DNA of 64,000 nt from the IMG/VR virus record IMGVR_UViG_3300037418_002116. One strand, given 5' to 3'. The translations under genes and the position numbers were made by a program. This DNA comes from a virus (lineage: Duplodnaviria > Caudoviricetes). This document shows, in pieces, positions 43,802 through 53,134 of this stretch (positions within the stretch are counted from its first letter, which is position 1; the number at the start of each line of letters is the position of its first letter). The notes under the pieces were generated by a model. The model did not search any database and was not told the DNA's origin. It worked only from the letters and a program-made list of their open reading frames with translations.

Positions 43802-44886
43802 TAAATAAATCCAACTTTTTGAACTTCCGGATTTACATAGTCCGGATTTGTCAATTGTGCAAGGGTAATCATGTCGGATTTGTTCATATCTTCCGGAACT
43901 TTAAGACCCATTGCATCGGCGGCGGCTACCGCTTCCTGATAGGTCAAAGCACGGAAATCCATGACGCCAAAGCAGCGGCCCGGTCGCACAAGAGCGTGAT
44001 CGGTCTTGGCCATGGAACCATATTTCAGATTGGCCGTGAACACGATCTTTTTCTTGTTCTTCATCAGACCGTCCGAAATATTCAGAAGCTTCGACATAAC
44101 CTTGTTGCCGTCCGATTCACGGGAAAGCAGAAGGGTATCGGCGTCTTCCAAAATCAGAATGTCTTGATCGTCATTGCAAATCAGATCGATGTACAGGCGG
44201 TCGGAATTCATAAGGCTTTCTTCGTAAGTGATCATGGCATCCAAACCATTGGACACAATCAACTCTCGAATGAAAGTGGTCTTACCCGTGCCCGGCTCAC
44301 CAAGCAGGATCAAAATGTTTGCATCGGATTCCAGATACCGCTTGAAATAAGCCTGAACACCACCTTCGATCCAAGGATACATTTCATCCTTCACCGGATG
44401 CTGTTGCTTGATATCGAGGGTTCGATTGTCCATTCGACCGTCGTTCAGGAAATACCACTTCATGGAAGCGGATTTCACTGGCGCTTGCTTCAATAGTTCG
44501 GAAACAACCTCCACATCTGCCTTGCCACCGGCAATCCGGAGATAAAGCGATGCCTTGGATTCTTCCTCGAAAATGTTGCCTTCGTACCGGATACGCTTGC
44601 CGATTCGGCAAAGAATCAAGAGCTTCTGAACATCTCCGTCAAAAGCGTTCAGGTAGAATGATGAATTTTCAAAGTGTTCGATTTTGACGGTAAGGCCAAG
44701 AGCGGCAATTTTTTCCTTGACGGCTTCTTCAATGGCTACCTGTGAGCCTTCGAATGAATATTCAAGGAAGTTCACAAAGAAGTCATCAGAAAAGCTTTCC
44801 TGAAACTTCTTAAGTTTGAACCCATAATACGAAAAATCGTCATCCGAAACGTGATAGTTCAGATTGTAGTCAGCTTTGGTAAACAA
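43801..44886 (-). CDS. AAA ATPase
   Basis: GEPGTGKT, ILILEDAD, LLNISDG, FTAN, DHALVRPGRC. Confidence 0.9.
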   Translation of the reverse strand: MFTKADYNLNYHVSDDDFSYYGFKLKKFQESFSDDFFVNFLEYSFEGSQVAIEEAVKEKIAALGLTVKIEHFENSSFYLNAFDGDVQKLLILCRIGKRIRYEGNIFEEESKASLYLRIAGGKADVEVVSELLKQAPVKSASMKWYFLNDGRMDNRTLDIKQQHPVKDEMYPWIEGGVQAYFKRYLESDANILILLGEPGTGKTTFIRELIVSNGLDAMITYEESLMNSDRLYIDLICNDDQDILILEDADTLLLSRESDGNKVMSKLLNISDGLMKNKKKIVFTANLKYGSMAKTDHALVRPGRCFGVMDFRALTYQEAVAAADAMGLKVPEDMNKSDMITLAQLTNPDYVNPEVQKVGFI

Positions 44887-44894
44887 GGTATACC

Positions 44895-45191
44895 TTATTT
44901 CTTAGTGTTTTTTGGGAGGGTGAAGGTTATATAGCCGAGTTTGTACATCCTGTACCAACTTCCGACTACACAGAGTCCGAGTACACCAAACAACAGTTTG
45001 GGAGCGAAAACGCATGTGATGATGAACAGAAATAGTATTACAAAAACGAGAGAGCAAATACAGAAAAGAAAGGTAATTGTATTCAAAAATCCGTCGTCTT
45101 CATTTACTATGAAGTCAGTAAATCGGAATTTAACCATTATGTTTTTGTTCAAAGAGGGAAGTGGAGCGCCCCACGGGATTCGAACCCGCAT
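44895..45191 (-). CDS. Small membrane protein (true start downstream of tRNA-Glu)
   Basis: Two hydrophobic segments. Confidence 0.55.
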   Translation of the reverse strand: MRVRIPWGAPLPSLNKNIMVKFRFTDFIVNEDDGFLNTITFLFCICSLVFVILFLFIITCVFAPKLLFGVLGLCVVGSWYRMYKLGYITFTLPKNTKK

Positions 45192-45237
45192 TGGCCTGCC
45201 TGAAAAGCAAGAGTCCTAGCCGTTAGACGAAGGGCGC
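45162..45237 (-). tRNA. tRNA-Glu(TTC)
   Basis: Cloverleaf; loop TTTTCAG; CCA. Confidence 0.9.
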
Positions 45238-45246
45238 ATGAGAAAA

Positions 45247-45338
45247 TGGTGGGTCACGGACGGAATCGAACCTCTTGCCGCATAGGGACCGGGGCTACAA
45301 CCCAGCGGTGGCACCAACCACCCTTATTTGCGCAACCC
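45247..45338 (-). tRNA. Atypical tRNA-Tyr(GTA) with 8-bp acceptor stem
   Basis: GGGTTGCG/CGTGACCC+ACCA; 5-bp D-stem after an 8-nt linker; CTGGG-TTGTAGC-CCCGG. Confidence 0.7.
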
Positions 45339-45391
45339 ATATTCTCAAATCGTGTTTCTATTTATACAGGATGGAAGAAATTTGTCAAGAA

Positions 45392-45688
45392 CTATTTTGA
45401 AATTTTATCGACCATTGATTTCAGGATAGAACGACCGGTTTCTGTAATCTTTTTGGCCTTGTCCTGAACTTCATCGACGGATGGAGTGTGTTTCTGTGTC
45501 GTGGTAATGACAGCCTCACCAGTTTCCTTGGCTTTTTCCATCATCGACGCCGTGGTTTCTTTTACTCTATCGAAGGCATCGCCAACGTCGATTTCCTTCG
45601 ATTTTTCGATGACAGTCTCGATACCTTCCGAGACTGTCTCTTTTGCGGCGCTTGCCAGATTTTTGAAAGCGTCACCAAGTTTTGACAT
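45392..45688 (-). CDS. Helical-repeat (LEA-like) hypothetical protein
   Basis: K/E/A/T amphipathic repeats, e.g. DAFKNLASAAKE, DAFDRVKE. Confidence 0.7.
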   Translation of the reverse strand: MSKLGDAFKNLASAAKETVSEGIETVIEKSKEIDVGDAFDRVKETTASMMEKAKETGEAVITTTQKHTPSVDEVQDKAKKITETGRSILKSMVDKISK

Positions 45689-45705
45689 AATGTAAACTTT
45701 CTGTG

Positions 45706-45921
45706 TTAGGTTTTTGTTACAGGATCAGCAACGAAAACAGATGTTTTCGCTGGTGTTTCGACAACCGGAGCGGTTGTCACCGGAGCTTCTTCTGTTTCTG
45801 ATGATTCTGTATTATCAGTTCCTTCTACAAAGTCAACTACTTCTTCAACAAAATCATCAACGATTTCCACAATCTGTGAAACTTCGCCTTTAACCCATTC
45901 AATAACTGTGTTGGCGTCCAT
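45706..45921 (-). CDS. Acidic hypothetical protein
   Basis: VDDFVEEVVDFVE; E/T/P-rich tail. Confidence 0.65.
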   Translation of the reverse strand: MDANTVIEWVKGEVSQIVEIVDDFVEEVVDFVEGTDNTESSETEEAPVTTAPVVETPAKTSVFVADPVTKT

Positions 45922-45931
45922 ACTTTAGTCC

Positions 45932-46528
45932 TTACGATGCAGGAACAGTGATCTTTACGACAGGAACGAATTCTGTTCCGTTCCATTGTGTTAAAACCCC
46001 TGCCACGAACCCCTCTACAGAAGGGACGTTTGATGCATCAACTGCCGTTGGGTCAACCACCACAGAAGTTTCGGCAGGAGCCTCGACAGGCGCAGGAGTT
46101 TCTTCAACGGGTGCTGGTGCATCTTCAACGGGTGCTGGTGCATCTTCAACGGGTGCTGGTGCATCTTCAACGGGTGCTGGTGCATCTTCAACGGGTGCTG
46201 GTGCATCGACCGGAGCGGGATCGGCTGGTGTTTCGGATGGCGCAGGAGTTTCTTCCACAGGGGCATCCACTGGTGCTGGTGCTGGCGCATCTTCCACTGG
46301 TGCTGGTGTGGCTTCTACCGGAGCTTCTACCGGAGCTTCTACCGGAGCTTCTACCGGAGCCGGATCGACTGGTGCGTCAACTGGTGCGTCAACCGGTGCT
46401 GGCGCATCTACTGGCGTTTCCACAGGGGCAGGCACTTCTACAGGAGCTTCCGTTGCAGCGAAAAATTCTTCAACGTCGGCTTCAATTTCCTTGATTTCTT
46501 CAATAAGTTCTTGTGGTGTCTTGGGCAT
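45932..46528 (-). CDS. Acidic Pro/Ala/Val low-complexity late protein
   Basis: APAPVED and APVE repeats; TATAAATA promoter at ~46564. Confidence 0.75.
   Translation of the reverse strand: MPKTPQELIEEIKEIEADVEEFFAATEAPVEVPAPVETPVDAPAPVDAPVDAPVDPAPVEAPVEAPVEAPVEATPAPVEDAPAPAPVDAPVEETPAPSETPADPAPVDAPAPVEDAPAPVEDAPAPVEDAPAPVEDAPAPVEETPAPVEAPAETSVVVDPTAVDASNVPSVEGFVAGVLTQWNGTEFVPVVKITVPAS
46101..46205. repeat. 21-bp tandem repeat x5
   Basis: TCTTCAACGGGTGCTGGTGCA repeated; a further 12-bp repeat at 46311-46358. Confidence 0.9.
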
Positions 46529-46553
46529 GAAAACGATCCTCGTTAGGTTGGGG

Positions 46554-46583
46554 GAGATGACTCTATTTATAAAAGGTCATTTC
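46554..46583 (-). promoter_or_regulatory. T4-type late promoter in a hairpin loop
   Basis: TATAAATA between GAAATGAC/GTCATCTC arms (minus strand). Confidence 0.65.
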
Positions 46584-47100
46584 CACCAAGTGCCAAATTG
46601 GCACACCACGAGCCCAAAATTTGGATATATTACGAATTTGTAATATTTCTTTTTTCTCTTAACTTTCGAGCTTGATCTTTTAGAGAGCAAATGTGTCTAA
46701 TCTGACCACTCGTCAAATTTGGCTTCGCATTCAACCTATTTACTTCTTCATAGATCGAATCAATTTTCTTTGTTAGCTCTTCTTTTGTCATGGGACTATT
46801 GTTTTGTCGTCCAGATAATTTTGAACAATCTGGCATAATGCTTCAAGAGTCCGTGCGGTGAAACAGGGAATAGCCGCCGTTGCCACATTAATACCCCGGA
46901 TTCGGGAGTGAGCCGGAACGAAATATGTTTCCCAACGAAATTTGAAATATTCAGCAACCAAAATCGATGATTCACCATCGAACAGAATGGCAACGTCGCC
47001 GTATTGCTTATAGGTAACCAAGAAATTTCCTCATAAAAAATCCCCGGCAACACTGATGTTATGCGCCGGGGAGGGACACTGGTAAACCAGTATCGTTGTT

Positions 47101-47175
47101 TGGTAGGCAATGATGGAATCGAACCACCGACATTCTCCGTGTAAAAGAGACGTTCTACCTCTGAACTAATCGCCC
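47101..47175 (-). tRNA. tRNA-Val(TAC)
   Basis: TCTCT-TTTACAC-GGAGA; CCA. Confidence 0.92.
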
Positions 47176-47188
47176 ATATCGTTTCTAT

Positions 47189-47569
47189 TTAGTCAGGAAG
47201 AATACGATATTCAATCTTTGTAACGATAATATCTTCTTTTTCTTCCTCTGTCAAGTATGAAAATTCAGGTTTTCCCCAAACTAGAACCGCTTCTTCAATG
47301 TCTGAACCATTTTCTTCAATGACCCAAGCGATTCCATACTCGACTTCTTCGTTTCTTTTTGCCTCTTTCCTGTCACCGAATCCAAGTTCAAGACATTTCT
47401 TTACGCCCGATTCGGTAAGCCAGTTCCAACCATCGAAGCGCTCCACCATTCCACCTTCAACCAAGGCATCACGACCGGCCTTGTCGGGAATGTCACCATC
47501 CAATGACGGCCCGTGCAGAAAGAGTTGAAGCAGACTATCCGTATCTAAATCAGCCACCGACGATTCCAA
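47189..47569 (-). CDS. Hypothetical protein
   Basis: ORF overlapping the GroES stop. Confidence 0.6.
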   Translation of the reverse strand: MESSVADLDTDSLLQLFLHGPSLDGDIPDKAGRDALVEGGMVERFDGWNWLTESGVKKCLELGFGDRKEAKRNEEVEYGIAWVIEENGSDIEEAVLVWGKPEFSYLTEEEKEDIIVTKIEYRILPD

Positions 47570-47837
47570 TTACATCTGTTTCCGGAACGATGACATATTT
47601 GGCATCACCGATCTTGACTTCTGTTCCTGTATTGCGAGCGAAGATGACGGAATCGCCTACCTTCACTTCCATGGGAATGAGTGTACCGTTTTCGGCACGG
47701 ATGCCCGGTCCAGCGGCAACGACAGTGCCTTCCAAAGGCTTGTATTGCAAATTTTCCGGCAAAAGAATGTTGCCGATCTTTTCCGGAGCATCGTTTTGTT
47801 TAACGACGATTCGGTTACCAAGTGGTGTAAAGTTCAT
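47550..47837 (-). CDS. groES: Co-chaperonin GroES (Cpn10)
   Basis: PLGNRIVV, GNILLP, GTVVAAGPG, EVKVGDSVIF, ETDVIGIV. Confidence 0.95.
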   Translation of the reverse strand: MNFTPLGNRIVVKQNDAPEKIGNILLPENLQYKPLEGTVVAAGPGIRAENGTLIPMEVKVGDSVIFARNTGTEVKIGDAKYVIVPETDVIGIVGG

Positions 47838-47885
47838 GTGTTTTCTTTCTATGTTAAAAGGACCGCACAGAAGGCGGTCCAGATT

Positions 47886-47961
47886 TGGTGGTCCCGGTAG
47901 GATTCGAACCCACGACCTCTAGCTTAGAAGGCTATTGCTCTATCCGCTGAGCTACGGGACC
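47886..47961 (-). tRNA. tRNA-Arg(TCT)
   Basis: Loop CTTCTAA; cloverleaf; CCA; TATAAATA upstream. Confidence 0.93.
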
Positions 47962-47975
47962 ATGTTTTATTTATA

Positions 47976-48296
47976 TCAGTTTTCCGGATTCAAGCCAAGG
48001 GCTTGCCGCATTTCCCACTGTGCTGAACGCTTGCCGTCAAGACGAGCTACAATCTTGGCAAGAGCGTACTGAGTCACGGCATCGATATTGACAGCCGAAA
48101 AATCAACCTCTCCACAATACTTAGAATAGAAGCACTCATGGCGACGGCCATCCGGATAGCGATCTTCCCAATGTGTGAAAAGAAGCGGTTCAAGCTTCGC
48201 TTTCAGAGCATCGAGTCGGTCCGCAAACTGTTCCGGCGACATTTCTTTCGGTTCCATCACATCCCCTTCACGTTTCGGTTGAATTCCTGTAACCAA
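47976..48296 (-). CDS. Hypothetical protein (start probably MEPKEM)
   Basis: ORF in array. Confidence 0.6.
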   Translation of the reverse strand: MVTGIQPKREGDVMEPKEMSPEQFADRLDALKAKLEPLLFTHWEDRYPDGRRHECFYSKYCGEVDFSAVNIDAVTQYALAKIVARLDGKRSAQWEMRQALGLNPEN

Positions 48297-48622
48297 TACA
48301 ATATTGGCACAACCCGATACTTTTTGATGTTCACGAACTGGCAGAGTTCGAAATCATATGTTTCGAGAACGGGCTTGCCAGTTTCCTTGGACACAATCAC
48401 CCAACTTGCATCGATCATGTTCTTACCTCCGGATTGCATTCACATAGGCAAGGCCATAACGACGAATGGCAATTTGTGCATCCGATTGCGACTCATAGGG
48501 AGTCGCTTCATGACGCTTGTCCGTCCAGTATGGCGAACCGCCCTTGAAACAGATAAATTTCTCTTCGTCGGTGTGCTTGATAATCCAGAAGGTCATAGAC
48601 CATTTCCCCGTTTCTCACGTTT

Positions 48623-48651
48623 ATATAATGAGAATATTGGAGAATGTCAAG
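48623..48651 (-). promoter_or_regulatory. Early promoter (30-bp identity with 56325-56353)
   Basis: CTTGAC-N17-TTATAT; TTCTCA/TGAGAA flanks the -10. Confidence 0.82.
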
Positions 48652-48653
48652 CC

Positions 48654-48896
48654 TTAGATCGTTTCTTTGAATTTCGCTATGACCACTTGCCCTTCCGGCG
48701 TATCACGCCAGAGCTTGAAGATGATCCATTCGAGTTTCAATGTGACAGGAAAAGTAAGCCAGCCAAAAACAATTGCGTCCAAAGATTCAACATGAATCAA
48801 AGTCGGACCAATAAAGAAGAAGCCGAGAATGAAGATGATTATGGCCATTGTGCCATAAATTACTGTTGCCAAAGTCGTTCCCTCCAACGTTAACAA
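48654..48896 (-). CDS. Small membrane protein
   Basis: Two hydrophobic segments. Confidence 0.6.
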   Translation of the reverse strand: MLTLEGTTLATVIYGTMAIIIFILGFFFIGPTLIHVESLDAIVFGWLTFPVTLKLEWIIFKLWRDTPEGQVVIAKFKETI

Positions 48897-49103
48897 TTGT
48901 TATTTAGGAAATGCTGATATGTAAAAAAGACATAGCTAGTCTTTTCCAGCCTTTACCCTATCAATATATATTTGTTTCTGTTCTTTGCTCAACTCACCCC
49001 AAGATGGAAAACGGTTGCAATGAACGATAGGATCATTGTCCGTTTCTTTAATGTAGAGCGCCCTAGCTTTTTGGTTTAAGTTCAAGTTTATTCTGCCGTG
49101 CTG

Positions 49104-50216
49104 TTACAAGTTTATGATGCTATCCAGCCATGCCGAACGGCGACGTTTCAGTTCCTTGCCTAAATCCGGGCCGGGAACATAACCTTCCGCCATCAGATGT
49201 TCGGCAGTGATTGGCCACACAAACGCCGAATCACGCTCAAAGAAGGCATTCAGATTTTGCCAGTTCTTTGCCTGTTTCCAACGAACAAGGTCCGTAACAC
49301 AAAGCTTATGATAGTCGCTTTTCTGACATTCTGAAATGATTTGGAAATTTGTTGTTCTGTCATGGTTCAGCATGAAATAGATTCTGACAAAATCCAGTTC
49401 CGCCGATGCAGCATGAAACCGGTTCTTCATGATATCGAGAACCCGTTCATCGTGATTGTACAGAGCAATGAGTTTCAGAAGCCACAGATATTCATGATTG
49501 AAATCTTTGACTTGCGGATAAAAGCCGGGATCGATATCCAGAACCGGGCCAATGGTGTTGACCATCAGCCGCACAATCGTGAAGGCTTTGTCTTGGCTTA
49601 GAATTTTTTGCAGTTCAGCCCATATGCGTTCGCCCGAAATATTTTTCAGACCGAAGGCGAGCTTCCGGATGATTTCCAGATTTTCGGTCGTGGTATCGTC
49701 CCAAACGACCGTCTTCATGCGCCCGAGGAAGCGGAAATACCGCATGATTCGAAGATAATCTTCCTCGATACGGGCCTGTGCATCACCGACAAAGCGGACG
49801 ACGCAATTCTTTAGGTCCGACTCGCCGCCAAAATAGTCATAGATTTTTCCGTCCTTATCCATGAACATGGCATTGAACGTGAAATCCCGCCGTGCAGCGT
49901 CAAGCTTCCAATCTTCAACGAATTCGACTTCCGCATGACGACCGTCCGTTGCCTTGTCGATCCGGAGCGTTGTAACCTCAAAGGCATCCTTGCCTATTAC
50001 AACGGTCACAGTGCCATGCTGTAGGCCCGTGGGCACTACGGTGTATCCAAGTGCCTCGAAAGCCATGATCACGTCCACGGGCTTCCCCGTGGTCGCTATA
50101 TCGATATCTTTTGGGTCTTTGCCTAGCAGATAATCACGGACAGCGCCGCCAGCGATTCGGGCTTCAAAACCCGCATTTTCAAGGATTGTTATCGCTTGGT
50201 GGGCTTGTTGGAGCAT
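49104..50216 (-). CDS. cca: CCA-adding tRNA nucleotidyltransferase (class II)
   Basis: GGAVRD...KDIDIAT, GLQHGTVTV, EVTTLR, DAARRDFTFNAM, EDYLRIMR, SGERIWAEL. Confidence 0.9.
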   Translation of the reverse strand: MLQQAHQAITILENAGFEARIAGGAVRDYLLGKDPKDIDIATTGKPVDVIMAFEALGYTVVPTGLQHGTVTVVIGKDAFEVTTLRIDKATDGRHAEVEFVEDWKLDAARRDFTFNAMFMDKDGKIYDYFGGESDLKNCVVRFVGDAQARIEEDYLRIMRYFRFLGRMKTVVWDDTTTENLEIIRKLAFGLKNISGERIWAELQKILSQDKAFTIVRLMVNTIGPVLDIDPGFYPQVKDFNHEYLWLLKLIALYNHDERVLDIMKNRFHAASAELDFVRIYFMLNHDRTTNFQIISECQKSDYHKLCVTDLVRWKQAKNWQNLNAFFERDSAFVWPITAEHLMAEGYVPGPDLGKELKRRRSAWLDSIINL

Positions 50217-50403
50217 TATAATCCTTGGCTGTGAAATCTATTGTTATCGGTTTATGGCCGGTTTGGGTCGATGACGCCACTGGCACAATCAGAAAACCAA
50301 CAAAAAGAAACCAGCCCCATCCTTCTCTGCCAATATACGCCAAATAGGCGGCTACACAGAAACATATAATGGATGGAATTAAAAATACAAGTGTCATCAC
50401 CAC
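50179..50403 (-). CDS. Small membrane protein
   Basis: Two TM segments; GWGWFLF motif. Confidence 0.6.
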   Translation of the reverse strand: MVMTLVFLIPSIICFCVAAYLAYIGREGWGWFLFVGFLIVPVASSTQTGHKPITIDFTAKDYNAPTSPPSDNNP

Positions 50404-50627
50404 TTCTTTCCTCTATATTCCACCTTGGAACACCGGGATTGGTGAACATTCTCTGTATACCGATCTTCGGCAATCCATTTGAAATCAAAAACCAACTCGC
50501 CATCGTCCATATCAATGTTTTCGATGACGCCACGCTTGCCATGGGCACCGACTACTTTGTCATTGATTTTGATGGAGGTAGCCGGAATATCAGAAAGAAA
50601 ATTTTTTGCTTTAACTACTTTAGGCAT
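50397..50627 (-). CDS. Hypothetical protein
   Basis: ORF in array. Confidence 0.6.
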   Translation of the reverse strand: MPKVVKAKNFLSDIPATSIKINDKVVGAHGKRGVIENIDMDDGELVFDFKWIAEDRYTENVHQSRCSKVEYRGKKW

Positions 50628-50641
50628 TTATTTCTAAGTTC

Positions 50642-50986
50642 TCACTTGGTTGGAATTGCACAATTGGTGACGGAAATAATGTTCCGGAACCATGACATGA
50701 AAGGAATGCGCCAACCGGCAACAACGACCTTCTCACAGACCGTACCAGCGGCGATTTCCCGATGAACATCCGAAGAATTGAACTTGAAATAGGCCCATTC
50801 ATCGGAATTTTCGAAGGTTTCATCGGCGGAATATTCAAGGAAGGCACAATCAAGAGTGCCTGTGCATCGTTCACCATTCTTGACGAAGGCGACATGATCG
50901 AGTGTTTCGGTCCAGACGGCCCGCCAGCCTTTGTAGACCACAAAAACAATTGCGATTGCAGCGATGATAATCACATACTTTTTCAT
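50642..50986 (-). CDS. Membrane-anchored periplasmic OB-like protein
   Basis: N-terminal TM; GWRIPFMSWFRNII motif. Confidence 0.7.
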   Translation of the reverse strand: MKKYVIIIAAIAIVFVVYKGWRAVWTETLDHVAFVKNGERCTGTLDCAFLEYSADETFENSDEWAYFKFNSSDVHREIAAGTVCEKVVVAGWRIPFMSWFRNIISVTNCAIPTK

Positions 50987-51088
50987 TTCGAAATCCCTTA
51001 ATTAGAAATTTTGACAGCCAAAAGCTTTATTTCAAGTTCGTTTGGAGTCATTTTCGGTGCCATGAGAGCGGCGAATGAAGCCCATGCT

Positions 51089-51694
51089 TCATCCATCGTG
51101 TAGTTTCCAAAAATCATTTCCGGATGCTCTTGTTTGAGATAAACAAGAAAGAAGGCTAACTTGGTCAATGCTTCCAAGCGGTCTATTTCCATCCTTGATC
51201 ACCCTCAAAAACTCGCTTAACTGCGATTTATCGTTTGGATTGAACAGATTGAAGACCGGAATCTTCCATTCATGTGCGATTCGAAGGGCCTGCCCGGTTC
51301 CTCCCGATGCAAGCCCATCTTCCGTCCAGCATATAACAAAAGACACGGGGGATTGCAAGTCTGCACCTAGAATTTGATGGCCATTTCTAGCGTGAAGTTT
51401 TTTAGCGCCTTCCTTAAGTTTTTTCCAATGTGGATGAAATCGAGCCGCTAGAATGAAAGCATCGTTAGTCGGCGTAAGTGTAGATTTGGAACCATTGAAG
51501 CCTTTCCATGGTATCCAGATTTCTTTTAGTTCCGGATCGATCACGCCGTCTTCAAACGCCATGTCAGCACCATCAGCATGGCCCGAGCGCAAGACAATTT
51601 TGTGTGAGGCAAGAAATTTTGCGATGCCGGTCATGGTCCGGCAGATTTTTGGTGGGGTAGCCCTTGAACCTATACCCGCATAAATTATTTTCAA
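51089..51694 (-). CDS. SLOG/DprA-like nucleotide-binding protein
   Basis: YAGIGSRATP, LRSGHADGAD.AFE, ICWT, GGTGQA; TTG start after tRNA-Ser. Confidence 0.82.
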   Translation of the reverse strand: MKIIYAGIGSRATPPKICRTMTGIAKFLASHKIVLRSGHADGADMAFEDGVIDPELKEIWIPWKGFNGSKSTLTPTNDAFILAARFHPHWKKLKEGAKKLHARNGHQILGADLQSPVSFVICWTEDGLASGGTGQALRIAHEWKIPVFNLFNPNDKSQLSEFLRVIKDGNRPLGSIDQVSLLSCLSQTRASGNDFWKLHDG

Positions 51695-51706
51695 TTCGTT
51701 CTCTGT

Positions 51707-51796
51707 TGGCGGAAGGTAGAGGGATCGAACCTCTGCTACCCGTGAAGGTAGGCTATCGGTTAGCAACCGAACGCATTGCCGCTCTGCCAACCTTCC
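51707..51796 (-). tRNA. tRNA-Ser(GCT)
   Basis: TCGGT-TGCTAAC-CGA anticodon arm; long variable arm; GCCA end. Confidence 0.93.
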
Positions 51797-52120
51797 TTAT
51801 TTCTTTGGTCTGAATTCGAAAGTTGCTTCGTAGGATTCATTATAGGCCGGTTTGTCGTAGGTTACAATCCAACCTTCGGCTCTATAGACATCTTCAATAT
51901 CCAAATAACGTTCACTGAAAACGGTATCCCGACTGATCGACATGCCCGCTACCAAAGCATTTAGAATTTCTTTTTGTTGGAAGTATGATCGACCTGAAAT
52001 GAAATTTTTGGCGATTACACGATTCCAAATTTCGATTACTTTTGGAGGAAGAACATCATTCTTCTTTAACTCCACCACGTCTGATGGAGAAACAGGTTTA
52101 ACCGGAAAAATATTGACCAT
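51797..52120 (-). CDS. Hypothetical protein
   Basis: YRAEGW.V.YDKP.YNESY motif. Confidence 0.7.
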   Translation of the reverse strand: MVNIFPVKPVSPSDVVELKKNDVLPPKVIEIWNRVIAKNFISGRSYFQQKEILNALVAGMSISRDTVFSERYLDIEDVYRAEGWIVTYDKPAYNESYEATFEFRPKK

Positions 52121-52140
52121 AATAAATCCTAAAAAAGAAT

Positions 52141-52223
52141 TGGTGCGGGTGAGAGGAGTCGAACCTCCACGCCGAAGCGCCAGTTTCTAAAACTGGTGTG
52201 TACTACCGTTTCACCACACCCGC
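52141..52223 (-). tRNA. tRNA-Leu(TAG)
   Basis: CCAGT-TTTAGAA-ACTGG; variable arm; ACCA. Confidence 0.93.
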
Positions 52224-52230
52224 ACAGTGA

Positions 52231-52446
52231 CTAGCTGATCTTTTTATCAGCTAGGTAACGACCGATTACGGTAGTTAGAATACCACCGGAACCAAATAAT
52301 AGAAGAAGAACATCCACAATCTGTGAAATCTTACCGGCGTCAAGCATATCTCCAAGTCCTAGAAGGTAAGCCACGAGCGATAGACTTGTAACGATAGCAC
52401 CCCAGATAGTTCTAGACTGCCACCACGGTTTTGTATCTTCTTCCAT
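52231..52446 (-). CDS. Holin-like small membrane protein
   Basis: KPWWQSRTIW start, two TM helices, basic C-terminus. Confidence 0.6.
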   Translation of the reverse strand: MEEDTKPWWQSRTIWGAIVTSLSLVAYLLGLGDMLDAGKISQIVDVLLLLFGSGGILTTVIGRYLADKKIS

Positions 52447-52513
52447 GTTATACTCCCAAATAGACCTTTACAGCCTATTTAGGAAACGGACATCCTTGCG
52501 GAGCCGCAAATAT

Positions 52514-52590
52514 TGGTGCCCGAAGAGGGAGTCGAACCCCCAACACTCTGGATTTGAATCAGATTCCTCTACCAATTGGGATATTCGGGC
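52514..52590 (-). tRNA. tRNA-Leu(CAA), short variable loop
   Basis: Loop TTCAAAT; GCCCGAA/TTCGGGC+ACCA; no long arm. Confidence 0.8.
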
Positions 52591-52642
52591 AACTTGGATA
52601 TTACTATAGACTGATATTTATACCGAGTCAAGCCATACTTTG

Positions 52643-53119
52643 TTAAAAATTATCCACAAGCTCAATATTCATGGCCAAGGGACGAAAATTTCCGAAACTT
52701 CCCCCTGTCATCTTGTGCTTGTTCAGAAGGTCCAGATACTTGTAGCCTCTCTCGGAAAAATGAAGCCACACACCCGGCTGAACGTTACCAGCGACAACGT
52801 TCAGCAAACCGGCATCAGCCATGTCCTGAACACACGACCAATCGTCATGATCCCGAGGCGCTTCCGCATCGGTCAAGCGGCTCTTCCACTTCTCTTCCAT
52901 GACAATGCCCTTGGAATTCGAATGGTTGCGCTTGGGATTCGGAAATTGGTCCATCATGATCCGAAAATTCCGCCGATTCTGGCGCATTCTGGGATCGAAC
53001 CCACACTGGAAACCGCCATGTTCAAACATCACAGATGCGACATATGAAAACGTTGACCAATGATCCTGTCCCCAATAAATCATGGGGATGTATTCCGTGG
53101 TGATAAATTGCTTAGGCAC
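52643..53119 (-). CDS. Hypothetical protein
   Basis: WGQDHWSTF..HDDWSC motifs. Confidence 0.7.
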   Translation of the reverse strand: MPKQFITTEYIPMIYWGQDHWSTFSYVASVMFEHGGFQCGFDPRMRQNRRNFRIMMDQFPNPKRNHSNSKGIVMEEKWKSRLTDAEAPRDHDDWSCVQDMADAGLLNVVAGNVQPGVWLHFSERGYKYLDLLNKHKMTGGSFGNFRPLAMNIELVDNF

Positions 53120-53134
53120 GTCTTGTTCTCCGAA

